This document shows positions 1-12,015 of a stretch of 64,000 bases of DNA, piece by piece (position 1 is the stretch's first letter; each line of letters opens with the position of its first letter). Under the pieces are notes generated by a model. The model ran no database searches. It was not told the DNA's origin and was given only the letters and a program-made list of their open reading frames with translations. The position numbers and the translations under genes were made by a program. Source of the stretch: Octopus sinensis (taxonomy: Eukaryota); assembly GCF_006345805.1 (NCBI RefSeq), contig NC_043003.1:105276001-105340000 (forward strand), written 5' to 3'.

Positions 1-238
1 CCCAACTGGCTCCTATGCCAGTAGCACGTATAAAGCACCATCCAAATGTGGCTGATGCCAGTGGCACATAAAAGCACCCACTTCACTCTTGGAGTGGTTG
101 GCGTTAGGAAGGGTATCCAGCTGTAGAAACATTGCCAGATCAGATTGGAGCCTGGTGCAGCCTCCTGGCTTACTAGTCCCCAGTCAAACTGTCAAACCCA
201 TGCCAGCATGGAATACGGACTTTAAACGATGATGATAT
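1..238 (+). mobile_element. RTE 3'-tail fragment; similar fragments at ~4135-4250-, 10690-10860-, 12270-12425+, 14720-14906+, 16432-16643+, 19688-20090-, 21080-21502+, 22283-22641+, 29417-29600-, 33950-34130+, 38520-39210+, 39545-39870+, 51024-51078-, 52239-52706-, 53751-54100+, 58160-58500-
   Basis: All share aaaagcacccactacactc..gagtggttggcgttaggaagggcatccagctgtagaaac...aacccatgccagcatgga..ggacgttaaa(tga)n (or part of it), matching the 3' UTR of the 44.7-48.2 kb LINE. Confidence 0.9.
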
Positions 239-504
239 ATCAAGTTAATAGTGTGTGTTTTGAGACAGACTTGTTTGCAATTTCTAGCCAGGAAACTACA
301 TAGAAGCTTCCTCATTTGGTTCATATAATGATGTTGGGTAATCTAGAGAGCTATTAACTCACTCAGCTAACTTCGTTTATTATGGTCATTAGAGTAGTTA
401 ATAGTTATCTTTAGATCCTTATAAGTAAGAAGTGTAGTTCTAGCTATTCTTATTAATGATCTAATAGCTTCTGTTTTCTATTATTACATTATTGTCTTTT
501 ACAG

Positions 505-556
505 GTGGAGAATGATGCTGATGAATTTTCTCTCTATGTTGTCACGGAAGCTGAGG
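505..556 (+). CDS. RASSF2: RASSF2/4-like protein, internal exon (RA domain end): VENDADEFSLYVVTEAE(G)
   Basis: ttttacag acceptor at 503-504 and G|GTGAGT donor at 557; 52 bp, phase 0-1. Resembles remembered RASSF2/4 segment IENSAEEFALYVVHTSG. The symbol is approximate: an invertebrate gene would be co-orthologous to RASSF2/4/6. Confidence 0.88.
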
Positions 557-783
557 GTGAGTGCAGCTGGTTGATATCAAACTGTCTTGTTTAAATTAAT
601 GTTTATACAATGAAATTTGTTAATATAATGACTGTTATTTCCAGTTCAATGTTAATATAAAGAACAATTTCATCACCTTTACTCCCCAAAACTAAAATGT
701 GTAGTTTTGGGCTAATAGACTGTTCCTTGTAATTTTATCCTTTTTATTTTCTATGAAATATAATCCCTTTTTTCTTACCATAG

Positions 784-953
784 GGGAAAGGGAAATTGGA
801 ATTGGTGAGATCCCTTTGGAAGTACGTCTGAGACTGGGTGCTGATGAAACAAATGCCAAAATCTTTATACGGGAGAAAGATTATGTGGGCTCAGTTGTCG
901 TTCCTGAAGAAGTTGAACCAATAGAAGAGAAGACCTGTTATTTACCAACTGAA
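784..953 (+). CDS. RASSF2: RASSF2/4-like exon: (G)EREIGIGEIPLEVRLRLGADETNAKIFIREKDYVGSVVVPEEVEPIEEKTCYLPTE
   Basis: ttttttcttaccatag acceptor and GAA|GTAAGT donor; 170 bp, phase 1-0, in frame with the previous exon. PL..R...G......KIF..E pattern matches the RA-domain C-terminus. Confidence 0.9.
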
Positions 954-989
954 GTAAGTGTTCAATGTCTTTGTGTATGCATAATCCAT

Positions 990-2050
990 AAGTGATCGAT
1001 TTCACCTGCTTCACTGCTACTGCAGTGAGTGGTGCAGCATTCTTACACGGCCCCCAATTCCTCTTACATAGAGTCTGAGTTAAGCAGCAGCAGCTTCCCC
1101 TTTTCTCGTTGGTCTCCCTACAATTCTGGCTACGTTCACACATGTCTGCCATGAATTTTCTCTTATCTTCTGCTGATCTATCTTCAAAGTTGTCAATGTT
1201 AAGAGCAAGTAGTTGAGGAGTTTGTTAAGCATACCACAACCATGTAGTATGTGATTCTGGGTTCAATCCCACTGCACGGCACCTTGTGTAAGTGCTGTCT
1301 TTTACCATAGTCTTTGATTGTTGACCATTTTGTGAGTGAAATATGCCCAACATAAACCATATGGCAACTCATCATGTGTTTGTGTGTGTGTGTGCATACA
1401 CACATGGTGATGGCAGTTTCTTTGTACCCAAAGATCATAAGGAAGACCAGCAATCCCTTATATGGCTGTGTAAACCAATCCTTGAATAGCAAGCTCTGGT
1501 CCTCATGGGGCATTATGTACACTATGGTCACTTGAGGGTTGTGACAATGACTCTTTTCTTCTTTAGGATTTCTCATCTGCTGCAGTTGCTCTGGCTGTCT
1601 CAAAATCCCTCTTACCTGGATGAGCTGGTCTTTGAAACACTTCTTAGGGGTTCCGATGTCACTTTTGCCCTGGCTGAGCTCACTGTAGAATACAGTCTTT
1701 GACATTCTGAATTTGGTCTCAAGCATTTGACATTGCCTGCCCATCTGAGCAACAGCATGGTTACAATGCTTGGGACCTTGGCTTGCTGGAGGACTTTGTT
1801 GTTTGTGATGTGCTCCCTCCATGAGATGTCCTGGATAGAGTGAAGGCATCTCAGGAAGTGGAGGTGGTCCAACAGCTTGACTTGTTTCCTCTACAGCATC
1901 CAAGCTTCTGGCCCTTAGGGGACAGTAATGATGACAACAGCCTGATAGACTTTGATCCTGGTAGACGGGTTCAGTACACGGTTCTGCCAGACATTGCTTC
2001 TGCAATTGTCCAAAGAAGGTGTTAGCTTTGGCAATGTGGTTGTCAACATT
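990..2050 (-). mobile_element. Degenerate RTE/BovB-like LINE 3' fragment in a RASSF intron, interrupted by a SINE fragment (~1205-1440)
   Basis: Frameshifted peptides LHFLRCLHSIQDISWREHITNNKVL, LRWAGNV and KTVFYSELSQGK..G.PKKCFKDQL match the RTE RT C-terminus. Confidence 0.75.
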
Positions 2051-2270
2051 AAGGCGGCGAGCTGGCAGAATCGTTAGCATGCTGGGCGAAATGCTTAGTG
2101 GTATTTCGTCTGTCTTTATGTTCTGAGTTCAAATTCCGCCGAGGTCAACTTTGCTTTTCATCCTTTCAGGGTCGATAAATTAAGTACCAGTTGCGTACTG
2201 GGGTCGATTTAATTGACTAACCCTCTCCCCAAAAATTTCGGGCCTAGTGCCTAGAATAAAAAAGAATGTG
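2051..2270 (+). mobile_element. tRNA-derived SINE family B (Nin/Deu-like core); further copies at ~6875-7090+, 9438-9620+, 24755-24985-, 28935-29115+, 40795-41029-, 41880-42025-, 61696-61921-
   Basis: Shared head ggcggcgagctggcagaa..gttagc, B-box-like gagttcaaattc, core ctttcatcctttcggggtcgataaattaagtaccag. The core-domain name is from memory. Confidence 0.85.
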
Positions 2271-2809
2271 GTTGTCAACATCCTTTTCACAGTTTGCATC
2301 ATTAGAAATAACACTCACCAGAAGAGAAGTGTTCAACTGTATTTAGTGGGGGGGGGGGGTAATGCTAATTTGCAGTGTTTGGTATGTGGCATATAACATC
2401 TGTGTACACACATGTGTGCATGCATGCATAGTTGAAGTGGATCCATGACAGAGGAAGACCACTTCCAGAACTCAGAGTGTGCAAATGTTGCCAGAATCCA
2501 GAAGTTCCTCTGTATGAATTTGAGTGGACACAGTGTTGCACAGCATTGAATCCTCTTTCCAACAGAATCAGCCATAAAACCAGTGGCACAAGAGAGGTTG
2601 AAACAACCAGAAACCAATTGCACTTCAGATTATTCTTGTTTTTTTTATATATGTTTATCTTCTCTTAGAAGTAAGTTCTAATGAGAATCCAGGGGTCCTT
2701 CCCTCCCAGCGGTTCACATGCTAATTAATCTGACTCTAGTATAGAATAGACCCGGGAACAATAGTAGCCAAGAGTTGGTTCCAAACCCCTCAAAACTACT
2801 GGGTACAGT

Positions 2810-3032
2810 TTAACCCTTTCGTTACCAACCCGGTTAAAACCAGTTCTGTCTTTGAGTACAAATGTCTTATTTTCATAAGTTTTTAATTAAAATCTTCCAC
2901 CAAACCTTAGTCACAATTTACATTCCTAACACTAGCTTAATGATAGCTAAATTATTTTACTAAATTCTTTGTTATATTTAAAGTAATTGAAAGACACACA
3001 GAGTATCTCAAAATAAATACAATTACGGAAGG
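2810..3032. mobile_element. piggyBac-type MITE
   Basis: Begins TTAA-CCCTTTCGTTACC; a degenerate complementary end (attacggaagg) lies at about 3020-3032; no coding capacity. Confidence 0.55.
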
Positions 3033-3179
3033 AAATTGCTATTTGTAAATCTCACAACGATAGATATTCAGCAACAGTACTTTGGAGTAAAGATTATTTG
3101 CCAACATAACATGGCAGTTCTGGTTTAGGACGAATGTTGCTGTAAATTAGCCCCAGGAGACATTGTCTCCAGTTGGCTG

Positions 3180-3344
3180 TACGACACGATCTGTGTCCTT
3201 ATATTTTTGAACAATTATTCTGTGCTGATGAAGAGAAATAACCTGGAAATCGCGATACACAGATATTGTTTTGAGCTGAGTGGGGTATGCTAGATTCCCT
3301 TGTTTGAAAATATAAGGACACAGATCGTGTTGTGAAAGGGTTAA
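3180..3344. mobile_element. Short piggyBac-like element with ~33-bp inverted repeats enclosing a hammerhead motif
   Basis: acgacacgatctgtgtccttatattttt (3181-3208) is complementary to aaaatataaggacacagatcgtgttgt (3307-3333); right end GAAAGGG-TTAA; left terminus appears truncated. Confidence 0.55.
3220..3262 (+). ncRNA. Type I short-stem-III hammerhead ribozyme motif
   Basis: ctgtg (3220-24), CTGATGA (3225-31), weak stem II, GAAA (3246-49), palindrome ATCGCGAT (3249-56), A17 at 3257, cacag (3258-62). Stem II has mismatches. Confidence 0.7.
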
Positions 3345-5873
3345 ACTCGTATCCACGAATACATCTCTATGCACAAGCTTTGCTGTGTGGCTAAACTCTT
3401 CACTTTGCAACCACATGATTTTGTGCATAGTGTCACTGAGCAGCATCTTGGGCTAGTGTCTTCTGCCATAGCCTCAGGCTGACCAATACTTTGTGAGTTT
3501 GGTTGGCAGAAACTGAAAAGCCTGACGTCTGTCTGTTTCTGTCTCCTTGTCATGACAGCAAACTAACATCACCATCACATGAGTTGCTTATTATAAGCTC
3601 CTGTGAAAACATCTGAACTAAGGGGAAATATTACCTGGCTTGGAAAGAGGCAACAGTTGGCAACAAGAAAGAGCATCTAACTGTAGAAAAACTGATTCAC
3701 CGAATCCTGTCTAATTCATGCAATTATCTAAAGGTAGACATTAAAGCAATGATGATGGCAGTGATGGAGGTAGTGGCTGCAGTCTTGTTGTCAGAAAATA
3801 CTTGAACATGGAATGCCTATAAAGACATCCTATCTAGGAGAGTAGTAATAACACTGAAAGAAGTTGTAACAGGGGAGAAAGATGTCTTTAGTTCAGTTAC
3901 AGATTATATCTCTTCTGTTGCTGATATGATAAAAATTTAACTAAATCAAAAATTTAGACATCTTTTAATTGTGCTTCAAATTTGAATGGCTGAGCAATAT
4001 GAAGGGCATCCAGATTTTAGAACAGTTGAGCCAATAAACCTCACTCCGATACAAGCATGAAAAGAAATGGAGGTAAACCACAGAACTTGGAACTGTGGCA
4101 TCCCTGTAAATTTTATACCTTTTAAATCATTATCATCATCATCATCATCATTTAACATCCTTTTTCCCTGCTGGCATGGGTTGGACAGGAGCTGCACCCA
4201 GTTGCATAATTGTTTTGGCATAGTTTCTACAGCTGGATACCCTTCCTAAACCCTTTTAACATTCTTTTCAGACAACTATCAACTTATTCAGTTTTTAAAA
4301 GTTACAATATTTGGGAAATTCTCTTGTATTCATTTTATTTTATTATCCCCCCCCCCTTACCATTCAGAGATTGTGTAGAAACACTGTCTGTCTTAGAGAT
4401 TTCTGAAAAGCTGTGCTGCATAAATACTGTCATTGAAATGGAAAATGTTTTGTTAAATGCCATGTTGTCTTTTTTTATTTTGTTCATTAGGCCCAGCATA
4501 CTCTGGAAGCTGTAACTAAAGGATCTTTTGAAATGAATATCGTTAGTAAACTGAGCAATTTTATTCTGCAATGCTCTAATCTTGGTTTCGGTTACTTATA
4601 GCCTTAGAATATCTTTCTGCACCAAGACATAGCTATCAAAGTTCGTTTCCATTAGAGTGGTTTATAACATATTATCCTAACAATATTCATTTCTTTTCTA
4701 ACTTGCTAATATCTTTTCCTCCTTTTCAATTCTGGTTCTTTAAACCACTCTAAGGGTAAACAGCTGCTTGGTGCTGTCTTGTTATTTTTTTTTTTTTTTT
4801 TACCTGTTCTAGCTTAGAAATAAAGCAAATCAGAAAAAAAAAAAAAAGCTTTTTTAATTTCCTCTGGTCTGAAGCTATCAAAACAAGAATGTCCTTCTGA
4901 TCACTTCATATATTTCTGTCCCCTTTTCATTGAAATAGATATTTTGCTATTATTACAAGTTTTCTATTTTCCCCTCCTAATCTGACACAGTTAATGCCTT
5001 TACATTCCCCATCTATTAGAAATAGTCAACGACATTCTTGTTTTGATTTCATATTCTCAATAATAGCTTCTTATAAATTGCTTTCCTAATAACTACCTAT
5101 TCCTATGTTTTCTGTAAGATAGTTATCTGAAACTAATCTTAATCTCCTTAAAATCTAAAAATCTGGCTCTTAATTTTCACTAATAACTACAAGCAAACTT
5201 CTTCACTACTTCCAATTATTAACTATGACCAGTTAAAGCTCTGACTAATCTCATTCTCTTACATACAGTTGGTTCTAAATACTTCTTTGGTTTTCATTCT
5301 GTATATAATCAAACCATTCACAAATGTAAGAGCATGTTAACAGATTGTGCATGTGTCTCTCTCATCTAGCTGTCTTTGTTACTCTTTCAAACTAAAAAGG
5401 GTGAAAACATGTACAACATAGTTTGATTTCTTTAACATTCCAATTTGATTACATTTTTGTAGATTATGATATTGTACTCTTAGGCTAATTAAATAAAATA
5501 TTTGATAGTTTGTCATAAACCAGAGAATAACATGTTTCCATAAATAAAGGCGTTGTGGTATTTTTGTTACCCAAATTGTTATAATAGAGCATTGTTAATT
5601 TTTAGAATTGGTTTCCTTTGTCAGCTTGACTTGCTATTAATATTTTCAAACATACTTTACCATTTTAGCATAATAAAGATGTGCTGCAATCATTTACTAC
5701 AGTAACAGGAATAATTATCACCGGAATGTTCTTTTTTCTTTTTTTTTTTTGTTACTGCAGTATTAATGTTAATTGGAGTTTTTTTTTATGTTGTTTTTAA
5801 TATAGATCTCAGTGAAGACTTTTTATTATTTTTTATTTTAAACATATTTTGTGTTTTTTTTTTCTTTTTTAAG

Positions 5874-5971
5874 GTAGAGCAATTAATAGCCTTACCTGAA
5901 GCTGTATTAAAAGGTTTACTACAGAAATTTTTTGATGATGAAGAAAAAGATGTAGAGAAAATCAAGGATAA
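5874..5971 (+). CDS. RASSF2: RASSF2/4-like exon, SARAH domain: VEQLIALPEAVLKGLLQKFFDDEEKDVEKIKDK
   Basis: Long poly-T tract + AG acceptor and AA|GTAAGT donor; 98 bp, phase 0-2. Aligns with remembered SARAH helix [30 protein letters not shown]. Confidence 0.9.
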
Positions 5972-6794
5972 GTAAGTATTTGATTACTTGTTAATTAAGT
6001 TAAAACAGGTTTAAACGATAAAGGATTTATGTTCAAATGTGCCAGCTCTGACCTTTCACACCTACCTTACAATGTCATTCTAAAAATAATTACCATCATC
6101 AAAATCCCAAAGCTATAAAACGATTCATAATTAATTCAAAACAATGTGAATAAATAAGCATTACATTTGACGAAGTAATCTGAATGTTAGAATTAAGTTA
6201 ATGATTGTGGCAATTAATGATTTACAGAAAGTCAATTAATTACTCTGCATTTATATGCAATTGGTTTTGCTGGCATGAAAGGCAAAAAAACCTTTGTCCA
6301 AACATAGTTGAATTTTTTTTTTTTTTTTCCCTGTAAAAATAAAAATTTATACTTTGCTGAAATAACTTTTTTAAGTTGGGAACCCTTTTCATTAAAAAAA
6401 CTCTTTGTTATAAATGGAAAAACAATCCATCAGTGAGAGGAAGCTGAAAGCAAGGAAAATTATGTGGCAGTTTTCTTTTGAATAAAATATTATAAACTAG
6501 TTTTGGTGACTGCCTAGTTAACAAGGTGATAGAGAAAACTATATTTTGAGGGTTCCAAGTTCAAATTCTCTTGGAACTTAGCAATCTCCTGCATCATCAG
6601 TTCATGTATGAGTTGTGACTATAATAAAAATCTAATTATTGTCTCAATTCATTCAACAAAAAAGGAGGACACCCTTTACAAGAAATCATTAAGGAATTAC
6701 TCTTAAAAGGGTTTTGTTAGGATTGTGGCATAAATGAGTCTTAAAATGTGCAACAACACTAAACAGTATTTTGTGTTTGAAAATTTCAAGTTTA

Positions 6795-9687
6795 TATTTC
6801 TCCATACCCAAACATCATCTCACAGGATACTGGAAATAATTGACACTTGTTCACTATTGTTAGCATTGTATAAAATGGTGCCGAGCTGGCAGGATCGTTA
6901 GCACACCGGGCGAAATGCTTAGCAGTATTTTGTCTGTTGTTACATTCTGAGTTCAAATTCTGCTGGTGTCGACTTTGCTTTTCTTCCTTTCGGGGTCGAT
7001 TAAATAAGTACCAGTTATGCACTGAGGTCGATGTAATCAACTTAATCCCTTCCCCCAAATTTGAGGCCTTGTCCTTTCCAGTAGAAAGGATTATCATGTA
7101 ATGTCAAGACAAGGAGACACAAACTTACACACTGGATTCTAAGCATTCTAAGAAATGTAGTTCCAAGATACATCTCATGGTTGCTCTCAGATGCATCATC
7201 TGTGATGTTTCTGAAGGTTTTTGGGGGTTTTGTGTTGTTCAATATCAGATTTATTTACCTAGCTGATTATGTCCCAGGTTGCACCCCAATAGCAAGAAAC
7301 CAGTGGTCTACCCTCTTTATCTAAAGCCATTTTAACCACCTTTTCTGCAATTTCAGAGATAGAATTCCTCCACCCTACCATCTTGTTGCTGCACCAAATA
7401 AGTCCAATCCTAGTCAGAACTTTGCAGAATGAACATCCTTCAAAACCCCAGCAATCTGTTTCAGTTGCCTTGCATCGTTCTTGCCAGCTCTGGTTTCTGC
7501 ACCAAGAAAATAATAATTTCTACTAAACTGACAGGACAGCACTTTATATATACCCTTGTTCCACAATATATTCAGTGTGTAGTGTTTGATTAGCTCTCCT
7601 CATATATTTTCAAGATGATTTGGATGTCACTAGGAAAATAGGCAACTAGCAAAGATTGAGATAGGACTAAGTAGTGAGACAGCAAATAAGGGAGAGAGAA
7701 AGAAGAGATGTTGTTTGCTGTTGTTATGTTTAGGTTTTTCAACAAGAAAAATCTATTGAGCTCTTCTGAAAACAACTGATGCTAAGATTATCATACAATG
7801 TCTGTTTCAATTGCTGTAATTTACGTTTCTTTTATTTCTTCCAGGTACATAAAGGCACGGACTGTGATAAAAAATTATCTAGCTGATATCAAACCCGTTT
7901 CTGAACTATAATACCTCTTTATTTTGTCTTCCTGTGGCTGTTACAAAGAAATGCCCACTGCATCTATCTTTTGGTCATTTCTCACCACATGTACCATACA
8001 TCCATTGCTGACTCAGGCAAAGCAATGTCTTGTTCAAGACATTGCCTAAACATTGATAAATTGGTTGTGAAATCTATATTAAAAAGATGCAGCAGCTGCA
8101 ACTAATTGCAATCTCCTGTCAAAGACAACAAATGACTGTGATCAAGGTAAAAATATTCACAAGGTATTAATAATCCATTAAGAACGAAGCCTCTTAAATC
8201 TCTGCCTTATTACATAAAAATCAAAACTTCAATTAGGAGCAGTAAATAAGGTAGACTCATTGAAGGTAAACTGCTGAGATGTTTGTTTATAAAAACATTT
8301 ATGTTAAAGTACTCATTAGAGCATATCATTGACTTAATTAATTGCTCACTGAAATGAAATTTGTCTTGATTAGCTGAAAATTTTCAATTACATTTTCATT
8401 TCATTATAAAGCACATCATCTCAATATTCCACACACAAGTGACATAGATATCCAATATCTATCATAATATTATTCAATATTTAAAAAAAAAATTTTCTTT
8501 TTCTCTTGCACAATCATAACAAACAGACTGGGCCAGGTTTCTTCCCATCATTAACATCTCACACAGCCTTTTCTCATTTTTTAAAGAGAAAGTGTTCCTT
8601 ATGCAAATAGTTACCCACCCTCCATCAAATGCCAATAAAATTCAGTATTGCAAACAGATTAATAACATAACAACACAATGCCTCTGTCTCTTGTTCATAA
8701 TACTAGCACTTATTTCTTGAAAAACCACCCTATCCCCCTCCTTCTGAACAGTGTTTCTTTTGAACTACACCTCTAAGCTCAAATCCTCACATCACATCAT
8801 ATTTCTGAAGTCAACAATTTTTTTTCTCCACTAACCATAATGTTTTTTTTTTGTTGTTTTTTTTTTTAATAACTCTAACATATTTGAACTGCTAATAGTG
8901 AAATTGGTCTTATTCTACATTGGACTGTGTCGACTATCTGAGCCCAAACACTCTAGGAATATAACTCATTTTAATGGATTACAATGAAATTCAAGAGGTT
9001 TACCTTGTTCTCTGAGGCAAAGGATTCAAAGGGACTGCAACCCCCACACCCCCCAAAAAACTGATCTTTTCTTTTTTTTTTCATCTGGCTGGGAGAAATA
9101 TTTTGTTGAACTAATCTATCAGCCGACCATCTTTAAAAAAACAACTTTTTAAATGACAATATCAAATCCCTCCCTAAAATAAATGTAGAAATCCAGTCTT
9201 GAGTTGTTTTTCTTATACATCTATTTTATTTTTAGTGCTGTATCTGAGCACTTCTCTCATCATCCTTGTTTATTCATTTCTCTATGCTTGTATGGGTTCA
9301 ATGCAGATTACTGGGGCTGATTTTTCTACAGCAAGATACCTTTCCAGGAAAGGTAGTATTTCTCCAAACCCAAACGTCATCTCACAGGATACTGGAAATA
9401 ATTGACACTTGTTCACTATTGTTAGCATCTTGCAATATGGTGGTGAACTGGGAGGATCGTTAGCACACCGGGCGAGATGCTTAGCGGTATTTTGTCTGTT
9501 GCTACATTCTGCTGGCATCAACTTTGCTCTTCTTCCTTTCAGGGTCGATTAAATAAGTACCAGTTATGCACTGAGGTCGATGTAATCGACTTAATCCCTT
9601 CCCCCAAATTTGAACTCTTGTCCTTTCCAGTAGAAAGGATTATCATGTAATGTCAAGACAAGGAGACACAAACTTACACACTGGATT
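6795..9687 (+). repeat. Direct duplication 6795-7138 / 9357-9687 (SINE B plus both flanks)
   Basis: Shared non-SINE flanks atctcacaggatactggaaataattgacacttgttcactattgttagc and ggattatcatgtaatgtcaagacaaggagacacaaacttacacactggatt. Confidence 0.88.
7845..7911 (+). CDS. RASSF2: RASSF2/4-like terminal coding exon: YIKARTVIKNYLADIKPVSEL*
   Basis: tttatttcttccag acceptor; phase 2 completes AA+G (Lys); stop TAA at 7909-7911. Completes the SARAH coiled coil. Confidence 0.85.
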
Positions 9688-11862
9688 TTTTTACTTTCCT
9701 TTTACCAGTTCCCCTTGCAAGGCTATGATAGAAGGCACCTGCTCAAGGTGCCACACAATGAGAGTGAACCCAGAACCATGTGGTTGAGAAACAAGCTTCT
9801 TACCACACAGTCATGCCTGCACATTTTTTTAGGTTTGTTCTGCCCAGTCAGAGAGTAAACAATGGTTTCACACCTATATAGTGCTTAATTCCAGAAAACT
9901 ATAGAGGCTAAGCTTTGGGTTATCCCCCCCTTAGACCGGTATCTATCTAAGATATCCGAGCCTGGGAGCATTTCTCTAGTTGGAAATTACAGTGTTTTTA
10001 ATGTAGTCTTTTCGTCCACCCCAGATAGATTTAGCAAGAAATTCGATAGAATTAGAAAATAACTCAGGTAAAACAGTCAAAGAAAGGGAAATATTTTATT
10101 GAACTGAAAACGGATACAAAATGACATCTGTTCATCAGAAAACAGCCTGAATTTCTAATACTAACAGTAATCACTTGAAAGACCTTGTATGAGCATATCA
10201 AAGAGGGAAGCGGTTGTCCTGGTTCTCAAATTCCTTAATTGTACAATTTGAAAAATTACAAGTTCTTTATTTTTTTTTTTTTAATAAAACTTTGATTGTT
10301 AAAAAAAAAAACAATTTCATTCATTTCCTGATCTAAAGCAAAATGAAGGGGAAAAAAATTTGTTTTTAATGATATATCCCAGTTTATCACTGATCTGGGA
10401 TAACACAGAATGCTGAATTGTGAACCATGTTACTTTTATGAATTGATCTGTGAAAACGGGGTCAGTGATCAAAGATTCTGCTTTGACCACAAAAGCACAC
10501 CCCCAGTAACCACTCACAATACTCAAGATGACTTGATCTCTTGCAACAAAACCTATTTCCTGTCCTCATATCTTCTCTTTTATTTTAACAGTGGGTTTTA
10601 AAACCAGCCAATTGTAATAAGTAAGGATTGATATATGTACGAAATATCTGAATCATCAGTTTATCAAATCTGTGCTCCTGGTATATAACATTTAACATCC
10701 GCTTTCCATGCTGACATGGCTTGGACGGTTTGACAGGAGCCATACCAAGCTCTGTCTGTTTTGGCATGTTTTCTATGGCTGGATGCCCTTCCTAATACCA
10801 ACCACTTTACAGAGTGTACTGGGTGCATTTTTTTGCATGGCACCAGCACAAAGAGGGTCCCTGAACTGGGGGTGCCAGTTGGTAAGAGATCAGAGGGACA
10901 TGAAAAAGGGTCTTGTAGTTGAGTACATGAATACTCCAGTTGAAAAAAGGTGAGTGAGAGAGTAAGATAAAGAGAGCAGATGTGTGAAAGAGTAATAAGA
11001 GGAGAGCAATAGTGAGAGAGAGAGGGTGGTGTAGCTCTTTAAACTGTAAAAAGCAAATGGGATCCAAATTTAACTTGACCAGTTTCTTGTTTTTAGTTTT
11101 CAACTGATTGAACCACAAATTTATAGATAAATATTTCAAGAGACGGGTAGACATTTTGGCATCAGATGTTTTAGTGTTTCTCTTATTCTCTCTCTGAAAA
11201 TCTGCTTATGTAGGTGTAATGTCTCACGTTACCTGTATATTCCTGCGAGTGAGTATGTTTGCCTTCCAGCACCAAAGCAGGTTGAATGCCAAACTGTCAA
11301 TGCCTAAACAGCGATGCCCTATTGTCTCACTCCACAAAGTGAACGTAAGTCTTGGAAAGATTCACCTTCCAATAATGCTGTTGTATAGACACGAGACCAG
11401 TGAAGAGAGTAAAGTCAATTGCATTGATAGTATTTGAGTTGGCACTTAGGGAAAAGAGAAACACTGGGAAGGGGTCTGAACCCAGGATATAAGCTGTAAC
11501 AAAGTGCCACAAACTATTCTTAGGGATGCTCTACCAAGCCACAGCCCTTCATTAAAATGTTAACAGGAAATGATGAATGAGAAAATGTCATAAGCAGTAA
11601 TCTGATATTGTTAAGGAATAATAAATGTTATAAAATTAGAAAAATCCTGCAGTAACAACAAATTTCACAGCCGCTTTTTTTTTTTTTTTTTTTCCTTTTT
11701 TAATGAACATTTAACAGAAATAATTAAAAATCTGACAAAGCCATAGATTTTGATCAAATAATGTAAAATATTACATAGCAATGAGTGGTCCCTTATAAAA
11801 TGTCCAGTATAAAACTGTCGGGTAATTTTATACATTGTGAATGAATAGTATTGTTGAAAAAG

Positions 11863-12015
11863 TACCGTATCTGATGGCCTATAAGACGCACCTTTTTTTT
11901 TTTTCCTGCACTCAAATCTCGCGACTTGGCCGAAAGTGGTAATTTATTTTACAAAAGTATAGCCTAGGCTAGGGTGCGTCCTAAGTACTTGTGTGTCTTA
12001 TATGCCATCAAATAC
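11863..12015. mobile_element. Tc1/pogo-like MITE
   Basis: taccgtatctgatggcctataagacgcacc is mirrored imperfectly by ggtgcgtcc...gtcttatatgccatcaaatac. Confidence 0.45.

Noticed and set aside
518-847. CTGATGA at 518-524 and 841-847
   Set aside because: Both are inside RASSF coding exons, with no GAAA/NUH and no stem I complement.
4500-5330. AT-rich minus-strand segment resembling an old LINE C-terminus
   Set aside because: Many stops and no motif I could confirm; left unannotated.
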